A stretch of DNA of 64,000 bases from an uncultured Pelagibacteraceae bacterium. GTDB lineage: Bacteria; Pseudomonadota; Alphaproteobacteria; Pelagibacterales; Pelagibacteraceae. Of this stretch, positions 20,963 through 29,692 are shown one piece after another. The position numbers were made by a program, and so were the translations under genes. The number at the start of each line of letters is the position of its first letter. Position 1 is the first letter of the stretch. Below the pieces are notes generated by a model, which searched no databases, was not told where the DNA came from, and was given only the letters and a program-made list of their open reading frames with translations. Location of the stretch: positions 25,282 to 89,281 of the forward strand of contig CABZTG010000002.1 of the NCBI GenBank assembly GCA_902528645.1, in the 5' to 3' direction.

Positions 20963-22033
20963 CTAATCATTCTTTTCTTCAGGTTCATCTTTATTAGATG
21001 AGTTGTCACTATAAAATTTTTTAATTAATTCTTCTTCTTTCTTTTTTTGCTCTAAATCAAATTTTTCCTCCCACTCTTTCAATCTTCTCTCTTCTTCTAG
21101 TATTCTTTGTTCTTCTTCTAATTTCTGTTTAATTTCTAGTTCTTTTTCCTCTTCTATTCTTTTTTGCTCCTCTTCTTCTTTTCTTAATCTCTCTGTTCTT
21201 TCATATTCCTCTTTTTGACGTAAAAATCTTTCCTCTTCCTCTGCTTTAATTTTTTCCTCTTTGAGTCTTAACTCTTCCTCTTTAACTCTCTGTTCTGCTT
21301 GCTCTTTTAAGATTTGTCTTTCTATCTCTTTTTGTCTCTCATTTTCTATCTCTTTTAACCTTATTTCTGACTCTTTAAGTTTTTCTTCCTCATATTTTAA
21401 TCTTTTAGCAGCTTCTCTTGTTCTTTGCTCTTCATCTAATCTTTTTTGTCTCTCTATCTCATTAAGTCTAATTTGTTCTTGTCTTTCTCTTTCTTTTTCC
21501 TCTCTTAATTGCTGTGCTTTAATCTCCTTTTCTTTTAAAGCTTGTTCTTTTGCTTTTATTTTTTCTTCTCGAGCTCTTTGTCTCTCAAGCATTCTTAATC
21601 TGAGTTCTTCCTCTTTGATCTTTCTAGCATCCTCTCTTATTTTTTTAGCTTCATCATCTTTGATTTTTTGTTGTTCAATAAATATTCTCTTAGCTTCAAT
21701 TTTTTTTCTTTTTTCCTCATTTTTTTTGATTTGCTTTTCATTTTCAATAATCAGCTTTCTTTGCTCAAGAATTTGTTTTTTTTCCTCTTTTATTCTCTCC
21801 TCTTTTTCTCTTTGAGCTTGTTTTTTTTGGTTCTCAAGTTCTTTTTTTTCGTTGATAATTCTCTGTCTTGCTGATCTCTCTTTGCTTATTTTTCTTTCTT
21901 TTTGGAGCTTTGTATAAAAATTCTGTAATTTATTTTTACCTTGTTCAATGAAATTAAATGGGTTCATATCAAATTTACCCTTTTTACTATCTCGACTATT
22001 AGATTTATTGTTATCTCTTTTTTTTTGAGCCAT
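20963..22033 (-). CDS. Highly charged E/K/R/Q coiled-coil or single-alpha-helix protein, unknown function
   Basis: About 300 residues of uninterrupted E/K/R/Q-rich helix with no TM segment; ATG at 22033 (alternative GTG at 22048). Confidence 0.75.
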   Translation of the reverse strand: MAQKKRDNNKSNSRDSKKGKFDMNPFNFIEQGKNKLQNFYTKLQKERKISKERSARQRIINEKKELENQKKQAQREKEERIKEEKKQILEQRKLIIENEKQIKKNEEKRKKIEAKRIFIEQQKIKDDEAKKIREDARKIKEEELRLRMLERQRAREEKIKAKEQALKEKEIKAQQLREEKERERQEQIRLNEIERQKRLDEEQRTREAAKRLKYEEEKLKESEIRLKEIENERQKEIERQILKEQAEQRVKEEELRLKEEKIKAEEEERFLRQKEEYERTERLRKEEEEQKRIEEEKELEIKQKLEEEQRILEEERRLKEWEEKFDLEQKKKEEELIKKFYSDNSSNKDEPEEKND

Positions 22034-22130
22034 ATTAAAAGGTAACACTATTTAAATTATTTTAAATATAAACCATGTGTTTAAATTGAGGTTTTTTGAT
22101 TATTTCAATTTTTACGTGCACAATAGGATA

Positions 22131-22222
22131 ATTTTTTTTAAAAAAATATTTTGATTCGCTAGGAGAATCGAGTAATTTTTAAATATGGGTGGTAGAGGGA
22201 GACTGAAGCCACCCTTTTTTTT
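22131..22222 (+). ncRNA. Candidate orphan small RNA with two hairpins and a U-tract
   Basis: Hairpins TTGATTC-gctagga-GAATCGA (22151-22171) and GGGTGG-N16-CCACCC (22187-22214), then T8; GC-rich island oriented opposite to both flanking genes; 5' end is approximate. Confidence 0.4.
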
Positions 22223-22871
22223 AGTACTTCTTATTCTTAATAACTTTATATTCAAAATTTTGAGTTGTTTCATTTACACTAATAAGTTTAGCACCATTTT
22301 TAATATGAAATTTATAAGCCATGTCTGTTAAAGGAGACAAAGTAACTAGTCTATTGAGATGATTTGATTTTTTTATTTTATTAAATACTTCTTTGACAAT
22401 TAATTTACCACCCCCCTTTTTTTTAGACCAAACAGTATAAGCAATAGCAATTTTACCTACATTCTGTCCTCTTAAAGTACTTTGTAAGTGAGCGTCTTGA
22501 CTCATAATATCTAGCTCCTCAACAGACTTTGGTATTTCATTCGTATAAGCAAAACACATGACGGCATGGATTTCCCCTTTATACTTAACCCCAAAAATTT
22601 TTCTTCCATAACTTCTTCTAAAAGTATTATCAAGTTCTGGTCTCACAGGATCTTCTTTAGTATTACACTCTTTCAGTTCAACTAACTCTGCACCTTTAAT
22701 CCAATCAAAAAAATTACCAATATTTTTACCAATAATTTGTTTATTTTTTCTAAGTCTTGCTTTTATTCTTGGCTTAAATTTTTTAGCTCTCTTTGAATAG
22801 TTTTTAATAGAACTATCTTTCAAATATTTAGCTACAAGTTTTTCTTTAACAACTTTAATAATTTCTCTCAT
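22221..22871 (-). CDS. Minimal GNAT-fold protein resembling the malonyl-CoA decarboxylase catalytic domain
   Basis: AIAYTVW, GGKLIVKEV, LVTLSP, FHIKNGA and QNFEY parallel the MCD motifs AIFYSIS, GxxLIKxV, TLSP, FHLxNGA and VNYxY. Confidence 0.6.
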   Translation of the reverse strand: MREIIKVVKEKLVAKYLKDSSIKNYSKRAKKFKPRIKARLRKNKQIIGKNIGNFFDWIKGAELVELKECNTKEDPVRPELDNTFRRSYGRKIFGVKYKGEIHAVMCFAYTNEIPKSVEELDIMSQDAHLQSTLRGQNVGKIAIAYTVWSKKKGGGKLIVKEVFNKIKKSNHLNRLVTLSPLTDMAYKFHIKNGAKLISVNETTQNFEYKVIKNKKY

Positions 22872-22884
22872 AATTTTAGATTAG

Positions 22885-23718
22885 TTATAAACTAAAATAT
22901 CTAAATATAAAAATTGTCCCAATAACATAGAGAAAAACTCCAAACATTCTTTGAGCTTTAATTTTACTCATTTTATGAACTGTATTAACTCCTATTCTTG
23001 CCATTATTGTTGTTATCGGAATAAATATTAAAAACGCTGGTATATTTACAAAACCAATGCTTAAAGGCAGACTAACATCTAAATAAAGTCCAGTTGAAAA
23101 GAACCCTATAGTTCCTGAAATAGAAATAATCCAACCGATAGCAGCGGCACTACCAATAGCTTTTGTAATTGGATATCCAAAAAATCTTAATATAGGAACA
23201 TTCATCATTGCCCCTGTAATGCCCATAGGTGCGGAAATTGAACCAGATATAAAGCCTAAAACAGCTTTGGGAAAAAAACTAAATCTAGGTTTAATTTTAT
23301 TTGAATTTTCTTGTTGTAAAAGCAAAAATGCACCAAATATGAAAACAACAATTGAAAAAAAAAGAACTAAATATTTCGTCTTTAAAAAAGCTGCTAAAAA
23401 AGATCCAAAAAATACTCCTAAAATAACAAATAATCCAAAAATTTTTAAAACACCAAAGTCTACTGCATTATGCTTTCTATGAGTAAGAACGGAAGCTGTT
23501 GAGGTAAAAATAGTAATGAAAAATGCAGTTCCAACAGCTAAATGCATTGTGTAATCCTCCGTGAGATTTAAAAAATCGAATATAAAAAAAAGAAATGGAA
23601 CTGATATTAAACCACCTCCGATTCCAAAAAGTCCTGCAAAAAAACCAACAGGTATAGCAGCCATGACCATCAAAATAATCAAATAAAAATAATTGAGATT
23701 TGTGAGGGAGTCGGTCAA
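22885..23718 (-). CDS. TauE/SafE family (sulfite exporter-like) membrane protein
   Basis: AGLFGIGGG, AVGT, about 8 TM segments; TTG start. Confidence 0.87.
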   Translation of the reverse strand: MTDSLTNLNYFYLIILMVMAAIPVGFFAGLFGIGGGLISVPFLFFIFDFLNLTEDYTMHLAVGTAFFITIFTSTASVLTHRKHNAVDFGVLKIFGLFVILGVFFGSFLAAFLKTKYLVLFFSIVVFIFGAFLLLQQENSNKIKPRFSFFPKAVLGFISGSISAPMGITGAMMNVPILRFFGYPITKAIGSAAAIGWIISISGTIGFFSTGLYLDVSLPLSIGFVNIPAFLIFIPITTIMARIGVNTVHKMSKIKAQRMFGVFLYVIGTIFIFRYFSL

Positions 23719-23729
23719 TTTATATATTT

Positions 23730-24566
23730 TTAATTTATACTTAAATACTCGATAAAAGATCGTATTGATACTAAAATTAAAAATATTCCAAAAATTTTAC
23801 TAAGTAATTTTTTATCAATTTTATGAACAACTTTAGCTCCTATTCGAGCCATAACCATCGTAACAGGGACAAATACTGCAAATCCTAGTAGGTTTATGTA
23901 ACCAACGCTATAAGGGGTATTTACATTATCAATTATTTTACCACCAGTTATCATTGTAATAGTTCCTGTTACAGCAATCAAAAATCCAACTGCTGCTGCT
24001 GTGCCTATTGATTTTCTAATGTCATATCCAAAAGTCCTCATAAAAGGAACCATTAAAGATCCACCCCCAATACCTAAAGGCACAGATATAAATCCAATAA
24101 TTACACCAGAAATATTTTTTACTAAGGCTGAAATTTGTTTTGGGTTATCTACTAATTTTTCTCTTAAAAAAATAAAAAACAACCCAACCATAAGGGCGAA
24201 GATTGAAAAAAATAAAACTAATGCAGGAGTTTTTAAATTCACAGCCAAGAAAGTTCCACCAATAACACCGGCTAAAATAAAAACACCAAATGATCGTACC
24301 ATTTTAAAATCAACAGCATCATACTCTTTATGGGTCATTGTTGAAATGATTGAAGTAGGAATAATTATTGCAAGTGATGTTCCAACCGAAAGATGCATTC
24401 TCGTAACGATATCAAAATCCAAAACAGTAAAAGCATAATAAAGCGCTGGAACCATTACAATACCACCACCTACACCCAACAATCCAGCCATAAAACCTGC
24501 TCCCGCAGCCGCAACTGCCAAAACAAATAATAAATTTATTAATTCAGCAGTAGCAATTGTTTCCAT
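23730..24566 (-). CDS. TauE/SafE family membrane protein (paralog)
   Basis: AGLLGVGGG, SVGTSLA, LGIGGG. Confidence 0.9.
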   Translation of the reverse strand: METIATAELINLLFVLAVAAAGAGFMAGLLGVGGGIVMVPALYYAFTVLDFDIVTRMHLSVGTSLAIIIPTSIISTMTHKEYDAVDFKMVRSFGVFILAGVIGGTFLAVNLKTPALVLFFSIFALMVGLFFIFLREKLVDNPKQISALVKNISGVIIGFISVPLGIGGGSLMVPFMRTFGYDIRKSIGTAAAVGFLIAVTGTITMITGGKIIDNVNTPYSVGYINLLGFAVFVPVTMVMARIGAKVVHKIDKKLLSKIFGIFLILVSIRSFIEYLSIN

Positions 24567-25570
24567 TAGGAACTTACTTGATTGGCTTTTTCATTATTTT
24601 GAACAATAGTCATAATATGTTTTGCCTTTTGAAAATCAGAATCTCTCGCCATCATATTATCACTTAAATATCTTTTCCAATCTTTGGAACCTACCTGACC
24701 ATGGTACAAACCAACTGTGTGTCTCATTATATGATTTACTTTAGTTCCCTTCTTTACTTCATCATCTAAATATTCTAAAAGTTTTTTAACCACTTCTTCT
24801 CTTGAAGGATTGTCATTTGTTTTGAATATCTCTTTTTCAATTTCAACCAGCGAATATGGATTTTGGTAGATGGACCTACCAATCATTACTCCGTCACAAA
24901 ATTTCATGTGATTATTTATTTCGCTTACTTTGGTTATACCACCATTTATAATTATTTCTAAATCTGGATTTGCTTTTTTAATCTCATAAACCATGTTGTA
25001 ATTTAATTTTGGAATATTCAAATTCTGCTTTGGTGATAATCCAGAAAGCATTGCTTTTCTTGCATGTAAAATAAATGTTTTTGTACCTACGTCTCTTAAT
25101 TTATGAACAAAATTATTAAGATATTCAAAATCTTCGACATCATCAAAACCTATACGAGTTTTAGCTGTTACAGGAATTTTACATACTTTGACCATAGAAT
25201 GAATACATTCCGCTACTAGGTCTGGTTCCCTCATTAGACACGCGCCGAACTTATTTTTTTGAACCTTTTTACTTGGACACCCAAGATTAATATTTATTTC
25301 ATCATAACCCATGTCCTCTGCAATTTTTGCAACCTCTGCTAATTCATTTTTATCAGATCCACCAACCTGTAAAGCTAAAGGTTTTTCCTCTGGACTAAAT
25401 GATAAAATTTTATTTCTATCTCCATGAATTGCTGATTTAGTGGCGACCATCTCAGTATAAAGCATTACATTTTTACTCATTAATCTGAGAAAAAAACGAT
25501 CGTGCCTATCAGTACAATCCATCATTGGAGCGACTGAAACTTTTCTATTAATTTTTTGTTTAGTATCCAA
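24566..25570 (-). CDS. dusA: tRNA dihydrouridine synthase DusA
   Basis: SVAPMMD, YTEMV, NLGCPS, HARKA, INGGI; start uncertain (TTG at 25570 overlapping dctM, or ATG at 25609). Confidence 0.92.
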   Translation of the reverse strand: MDTKQKINRKVSVAPMMDCTDRHDRFFLRLMSKNVMLYTEMVATKSAIHGDRNKILSFSPEEKPLALQVGGSDKNELAEVAKIAEDMGYDEININLGCPSKKVQKNKFGACLMREPDLVAECIHSMVKVCKIPVTAKTRIGFDDVEDFEYLNNFVHKLRDVGTKTFILHARKAMLSGLSPKQNLNIPKLNYNMVYEIKKANPDLEIIINGGITKVSEINNHMKFCDGVMIGRSIYQNPYSLVEIEKEIFKTNDNPSREEVVKKLLEYLDDEVKKGTKVNHIMRHTVGLYHGQVGSKDWKRYLSDNMMARDSDFQKAKHIMTIVQNNEKANQVSS

Positions 25571-26891
25571 GTGCTTTACCCATGATTTTATCAGGTAACC
25601 ATGTAACAATTTCAGGAAAAATACATAGAATTAAAATAGCCAATGCCATAATTATCATGAAAGGAATAGAGCCTTTTAAAATTTCAGACAAACTTACATC
25701 TGGGGTAATGCCCTTTATGATATAAAGATTTAATCCTACAGGAGGTGTTATCAATCCTATTTCCATATTGATAGTAAATACAATTGCAAACCAATAAGGA
25801 TCAAATCCTAAAGTTGTTATTACGGGCAACAAAATTGCAGAGGTCATAACAATCACTGCAACAGGAGGTAAAAAGAAACCAGCAATCAAAAGAAATATAT
25901 TAATTAAAATAAATACAACCCACTTATTTGAACTTAACTCAACCATACTTTGGGCTAAAGATTGAGTTACGTACAATTGTGAAAGAGTGAATGCAAAAAG
26001 ATAAGAAGCTGCAATAATAAACATTATCATTACACTTTCCTTCATTGATACTTTAACAATGTTCCAAATCTTTTTTGGTTGATAAATTTTGTAAACAACG
26101 GCTATTAGGACAAAAACTAAGAACGCTCCAACACCAGATGCTTCCGACGGAGTTGCCACCCCACCATATAAAACATATAAAACTCCAGCAATAATCGCTA
26201 GGAATGGAAGGATTCTAGGTAATACTTCAAGTTTTTCTTTCAATGTTGGCTTTACCCTGTTTCGTAAAGCTTTTGCAGCATCTTTATCTATAAAATAACT
26301 ATGGATAAGTGCCCAAATTGCAAACATTCCTGCCAACATGAAACCTGGCACCAATCCACATAAAAACAATCTTCCAATTGATGTTCCGGTTGCAATTCCA
26401 TAAACAATTAAAACAATGCTTGGAGGAATTAAAACTCCTAATGTTCCACCAGCTGCTATAGTTCCAGTAGCTATTTGATCTGAGTAGCCCCTTTTTCTCA
26501 TTTCGGGTATTCCCATAGTTCCAATAGCTGCACAAGTTGCAGGACTTGATCCACTTAATGCAGCAAAAATTGAACATGCTCCTATATTAGAAATAACTAG
26601 TCCACCTGGTACTCTCCAAAGCCATCTATCTAATCCTGTGTATAAATCTTTACCTGCAGGAGAATTAGCAACTGCCATTCCCATTAAAATAAACATTGGT
26701 ATTGAAAGTAAAACAAATGAATTTAAACCAGCAAAGAATGTTTCAGCAAAAACATCAAGCATTTGAAAACCTTCAAATGATACCAGGAGAACAATTGATA
26801 CAAAACTCAAACCAAAAGCAATTGGGATTCCAGAAAAAAGCACTAGTAAAGTGAAAACTGCTACAATTAAAGCTATTATTAATGGATCCAT
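25560..26891 (-). CDS. dctM: TRAP transporter large permease
   Basis: SGSSPAT, GGTLGVLIPPS, TPSEAS, ITPPVGLNL. Confidence 0.95.
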   Translation of the reverse strand: MDPLIIALIVAVFTLLVLFSGIPIAFGLSFVSIVLLVSFEGFQMLDVFAETFFAGLNSFVLLSIPMFILMGMAVANSPAGKDLYTGLDRWLWRVPGGLVISNIGACSIFAALSGSSPATCAAIGTMGIPEMRKRGYSDQIATGTIAAGGTLGVLIPPSIVLIVYGIATGTSIGRLFLCGLVPGFMLAGMFAIWALIHSYFIDKDAAKALRNRVKPTLKEKLEVLPRILPFLAIIAGVLYVLYGGVATPSEASGVGAFLVFVLIAVVYKIYQPKKIWNIVKVSMKESVMIMFIIAASYLFAFTLSQLYVTQSLAQSMVELSSNKWVVFILINIFLLIAGFFLPPVAVIVMTSAILLPVITTLGFDPYWFAIVFTINMEIGLITPPVGLNLYIIKGITPDVSLSEILKGSIPFMIIMALAILILCIFPEIVTWLPDKIMGKALGY

Positions 26892-27385
26892 TAATTATAA
26901 TCCTTATCGTCGGTAAGTTTTATAATTTCAGCTATATATTGAAGAATCATTAGTATAGCACCTAAAGCCATTGAAGAATATGGTATCCATAAAGGTGGAT
27001 CCCAAACAGTCCCTGTTGAATAATTTTTTGTAAATGCTTCTTCAACCATTAAAAATCCAAAATAAAATAAAATTAGAAAAAATAATAAACTTAATAAGGA
27101 AGTAAAAATTTTTAAGCGAATGATATTTTTTTTAGATAGAAAATCATAAATCCATTCCATACTAACGTGAGCTTTTTCACTAAGCACATACACACTTCCT
27201 ATGAAAGTTGATGCAACTAGTAACATGGTAACTAATTCTGTTTGCCAAGTAATTGCTCTTTGAAAAAAATATCTCTCAAAAACTAGCTCTACAATTACTA
27301 AAATTGATAATAGCAAAGCTAATACTGCAAAAGCACCACAAGCTTTTGCAATAAAATCACAAAATTTAAGATATTTTTTTTTCAT
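26891..27385 (-). CDS. dctQ: TRAP transporter small permease
   Basis: 4 TM segments, WQTE and HVS motifs; lies between dctP and dctM. Confidence 0.9.
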   Translation of the reverse strand: MKKKYLKFCDFIAKACGAFAVLALLLSILVIVELVFERYFFQRAITWQTELVTMLLVASTFIGSVYVLSEKAHVSMEWIYDFLSKKNIIRLKIFTSLLSLLFFLILFYFGFLMVEEAFTKNYSTGTVWDPPLWIPYSSMALGAILMILQYIAEIIKLTDDKDYN

Positions 27386-27421
27386 AAAAAAACCCCTATT
27401 TAATAAGAATAAATAGGGGTT
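27386..27421 (-). terminator. Intercistronic hairpin between dctP and dctQ
   Basis: AACCCCTATTTA-N7-TAAATAGGGGTT (27391-27421); on the minus strand a U-run follows and abuts the dctQ ATG. Confidence 0.75.
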
Positions 27422-27435
27422 CTTTATATATTATT

Positions 27436-28446
27436 TTATTTAACTGCTAAAGCCATTTCCATCAGCTTATCACCACCTGGAACTTTATCAGCAAATGCCT
27501 TGTGAGATGATTTTTTTGCAATCTCTACCCACGCAGCATGATCTTTTTCGTTCATGTATACTAATTTAACACCTGCAGCTTTATAAGCTTCTTCAAACTT
27601 TTTATCTAAGTTTTCAACTTGAGCTGTCATGTATTTTTCAGCAACTTTTCCTGCTTTCATCAAAGCTTTTTGTTGCTTAGAATTTAAAGCATCAAAAGAC
27701 TTTTTAGACATCAGAATTGGCTCATACATAAACCATAATCCAAATTTTCCTGGAGGTGTTGCACATGAAACTTGTTCATAAATTTTGTAACTCACAAAAC
27801 TTCCTGAACTAGTATTAGCACCTGTTAATACACCTGTTTGTAAACCAGTATAAATTTCAGATGACGGCATACTCTGTATACCAGCTCCTGCTGCCTCTAA
27901 CATTTGGTTAAATGCTTTTCCAGCAGCTCTCATCACTTGTCCTTTTGCGTCACTAGGATTTTTAATACATTTTGTTTTTGAAGCAAAACCACCACCTAAC
28001 CAAGCATCTGATAAAACTACAACACCAGCGTCATTAATGATTTTTTTAATTTCAGTCATCATTGGACCTTTATTAAATCTTAATGCGTGATCATGATTTT
28101 TTACAGTTCCTGGCATTAACGTTGCATCAAATTCTGGATGAAATTTAGATGCATATGCTAAAGGAAAAGCAGAAATATCTAACTGACCAGTTGTCATAGG
28201 CTTCCACTGTTCTTTTGGTTTATATAATGATTTAGCTGGATAAATTCTGATATCTATTCCAACATTTGCTTTTTTAACCTCGTCAGCAATGATTTGAACC
28301 ATTTCATGACGTGGATCATAAGATCCATCAGCTCTTGGGGTACCAGGCCATTGGTGACTTGCTTTTAGCGTTACTGCATAAGCAGAACCAATAGTAGTAA
28401 AAACAAAAACTAATGAAGTTAAATATAAAGATATTCTTTTAAACAT
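27436..28446 (-). CDS. dctP: TRAP substrate-binding protein, probable short-chain dicarboxylate subfamily
   Basis: Signal peptide; SHQWPG, conserved Arg in MRAAG, EIYTGLQTG, WFMYEPILMSK. Confidence 0.9.
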   Translation of the reverse strand: MFKRISLYLTSLVFVFTTIGSAYAVTLKASHQWPGTPRADGSYDPRHEMVQIIADEVKKANVGIDIRIYPAKSLYKPKEQWKPMTTGQLDISAFPLAYASKFHPEFDATLMPGTVKNHDHALRFNKGPMMTEIKKIINDAGVVVLSDAWLGGGFASKTKCIKNPSDAKGQVMRAAGKAFNQMLEAAGAGIQSMPSSEIYTGLQTGVLTGANTSSGSFVSYKIYEQVSCATPPGKFGLWFMYEPILMSKKSFDALNSKQQKALMKAGKVAEKYMTAQVENLDKKFEEAYKAAGVKLVYMNEKDHAAWVEIAKKSSHKAFADKVPGGDKLMEMALAVK

Positions 28447-28481
28447 TATTTTTTCCCTCTATTGTTATTTTTAATAATTCA

Positions 28482-28510
28482 ATTAAAGTGAACTTATTAA
28501 TAAGAGTCAA
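28482..28510 (-). promoter_or_regulatory. Putative dctP promoter with palindromic spacer
   Basis: Minus strand TTGACT-N17-TTTAAT; perfect palindrome CTTATTAATAAG (28493-28504) inside the spacer. Confidence 0.55.
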
Positions 28511-28541
28511 GTCGACAAAAACTCATATAAGATGAAGTAAT

Positions 28542-29687
28542 ATGGATGGACCTTTAAAAAACCTACTGGTAGTTGATTTAACAAGAGTATTAGTTGGTCC
28601 TTACTGCACTATGATATTATCTGATTTAGGGGCTAGGGTAATTAAAGTTGAAGCACCTGAAATTGGTGATGACTCAAGAAAATTTGGACCTTTTATAAAA
28701 GATTATTCTGCTTATTTCATGTCTCTTAATAGAGGAAAGGAAAGTATTGCGCTTAATTTAAAGAATGATGAAGATAAAAAAATTTTTGAAAAAATTTTAT
28801 CCAAAGCAGATATTTTAGTTGAAAATTTTAAACCTGGAACTTTAGAAAAATGGGGGTTTGGCTGGAAAGATGTTAATAAGAAATATCCAAAACTAATTTA
28901 TGCTTCAGCATCAGGGTTTGGTCAAACAGGTCCACTTAAAGAATTACCCGCTTACGACATGGTAGTTCAAGGTATGGGCGGTTTGATGAGTGTTACTGGT
29001 CAACCAAACTCTGAACCTACTAGAGTTGGAACCTCAATTGGAGATATTACTGCGGGGCTTTTTACTGCGATCGGTATTAATGCAGCTTTGTATGATAGAC
29101 AAAAAACTGGAAAAGGAATGTTCATAGATGTTTCTATGCTTGATTGTCAAATAGCTATATTAGAAAACGCTATAGCACGTTATCTATCTAAAAATGAAAT
29201 TCCAAAACCAATGGGATCAAGACACCCATCAATTGCACCCTTTGAAGCTTTTAAGACACAAGATAGTTACATAATCATTGCTGCTGGAAATGATAAACTT
29301 TTTGAAAAACTTTGTAATCTTCTTCAAATCCCAGAAGTAAGTAAAGATCCAAAATTTTCAGACAACTCATCTAGAGCAAAAAATATGGACGAGCTCAAAA
29401 AAATTTTAGAGGAAAAATTATTAATTAAAAAAACAAGTGATTGGGTTAGTGAAATGGAAAAAGATAAAATTCCATGTGGACCAATTTTCAATATCAAAGA
29501 GGCTGTTGAAAACCCACAAATAGAGTCCAGAAATATGATTGTTAAAGCATTTCACAAAGTTGTTGGAGATTTTAAACTGGCTGGTAACCCAATTAAAATG
29601 TCATCTTATAAAGATGAAAAAACAAGAGGTGACATACCTGATTTAGATGAACACCGACAAAAAATTATAAAGGAATTTTGTAATTAA
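28542..29687 (+). CDS. Family III (CaiB/BaiF) CoA-transferase, YfdE/UctC-like
   Basis: DLTRVLVGPY, LGARVIKVE, NRGKES, ENFKPG, GTSIGD (catalytic Asp); 381 aa. Confidence 0.9.
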   Translation: MDGPLKNLLVVDLTRVLVGPYCTMILSDLGARVIKVEAPEIGDDSRKFGPFIKDYSAYFMSLNRGKESIALNLKNDEDKKIFEKILSKADILVENFKPGTLEKWGFGWKDVNKKYPKLIYASASGFGQTGPLKELPAYDMVVQGMGGLMSVTGQPNSEPTRVGTSIGDITAGLFTAIGINAALYDRQKTGKGMFIDVSMLDCQIAILENAIARYLSKNEIPKPMGSRHPSIAPFEAFKTQDSYIIIAAGNDKLFEKLCNLLQIPEVSKDPKFSDNSSRAKNMDELKKILEEKLLIKKTSDWVSEMEKDKIPCGPIFNIKEAVENPQIESRNMIVKAFHKVVGDFKLAGNPIKMSSYKDEKTRGDIPDLDEHRQKIIKEFCN

Positions 29688-29692
29688 TAAAT

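Noticed and set aside
21261-21874. Ser/Leu/Phe-rich plus-strand ORFs (184 and 68 aa) that look like membrane proteins
   Set aside because: They are the reverse complement of GAA/AAA/AGA-rich codons in the charged-helix gene.
20963-21900. TTC/TCT-rich low-complexity DNA as a tandem repeat or CRISPR-like array
   Set aside because: No fixed repeat unit or spacers; explained by Glu/Lys/Arg coding.
22185-22330. Short plus-strand ORF beginning MGGRGRLKPP
   Set aside because: Runs through the hairpin and antisense into the 216-aa gene; no supporting features.
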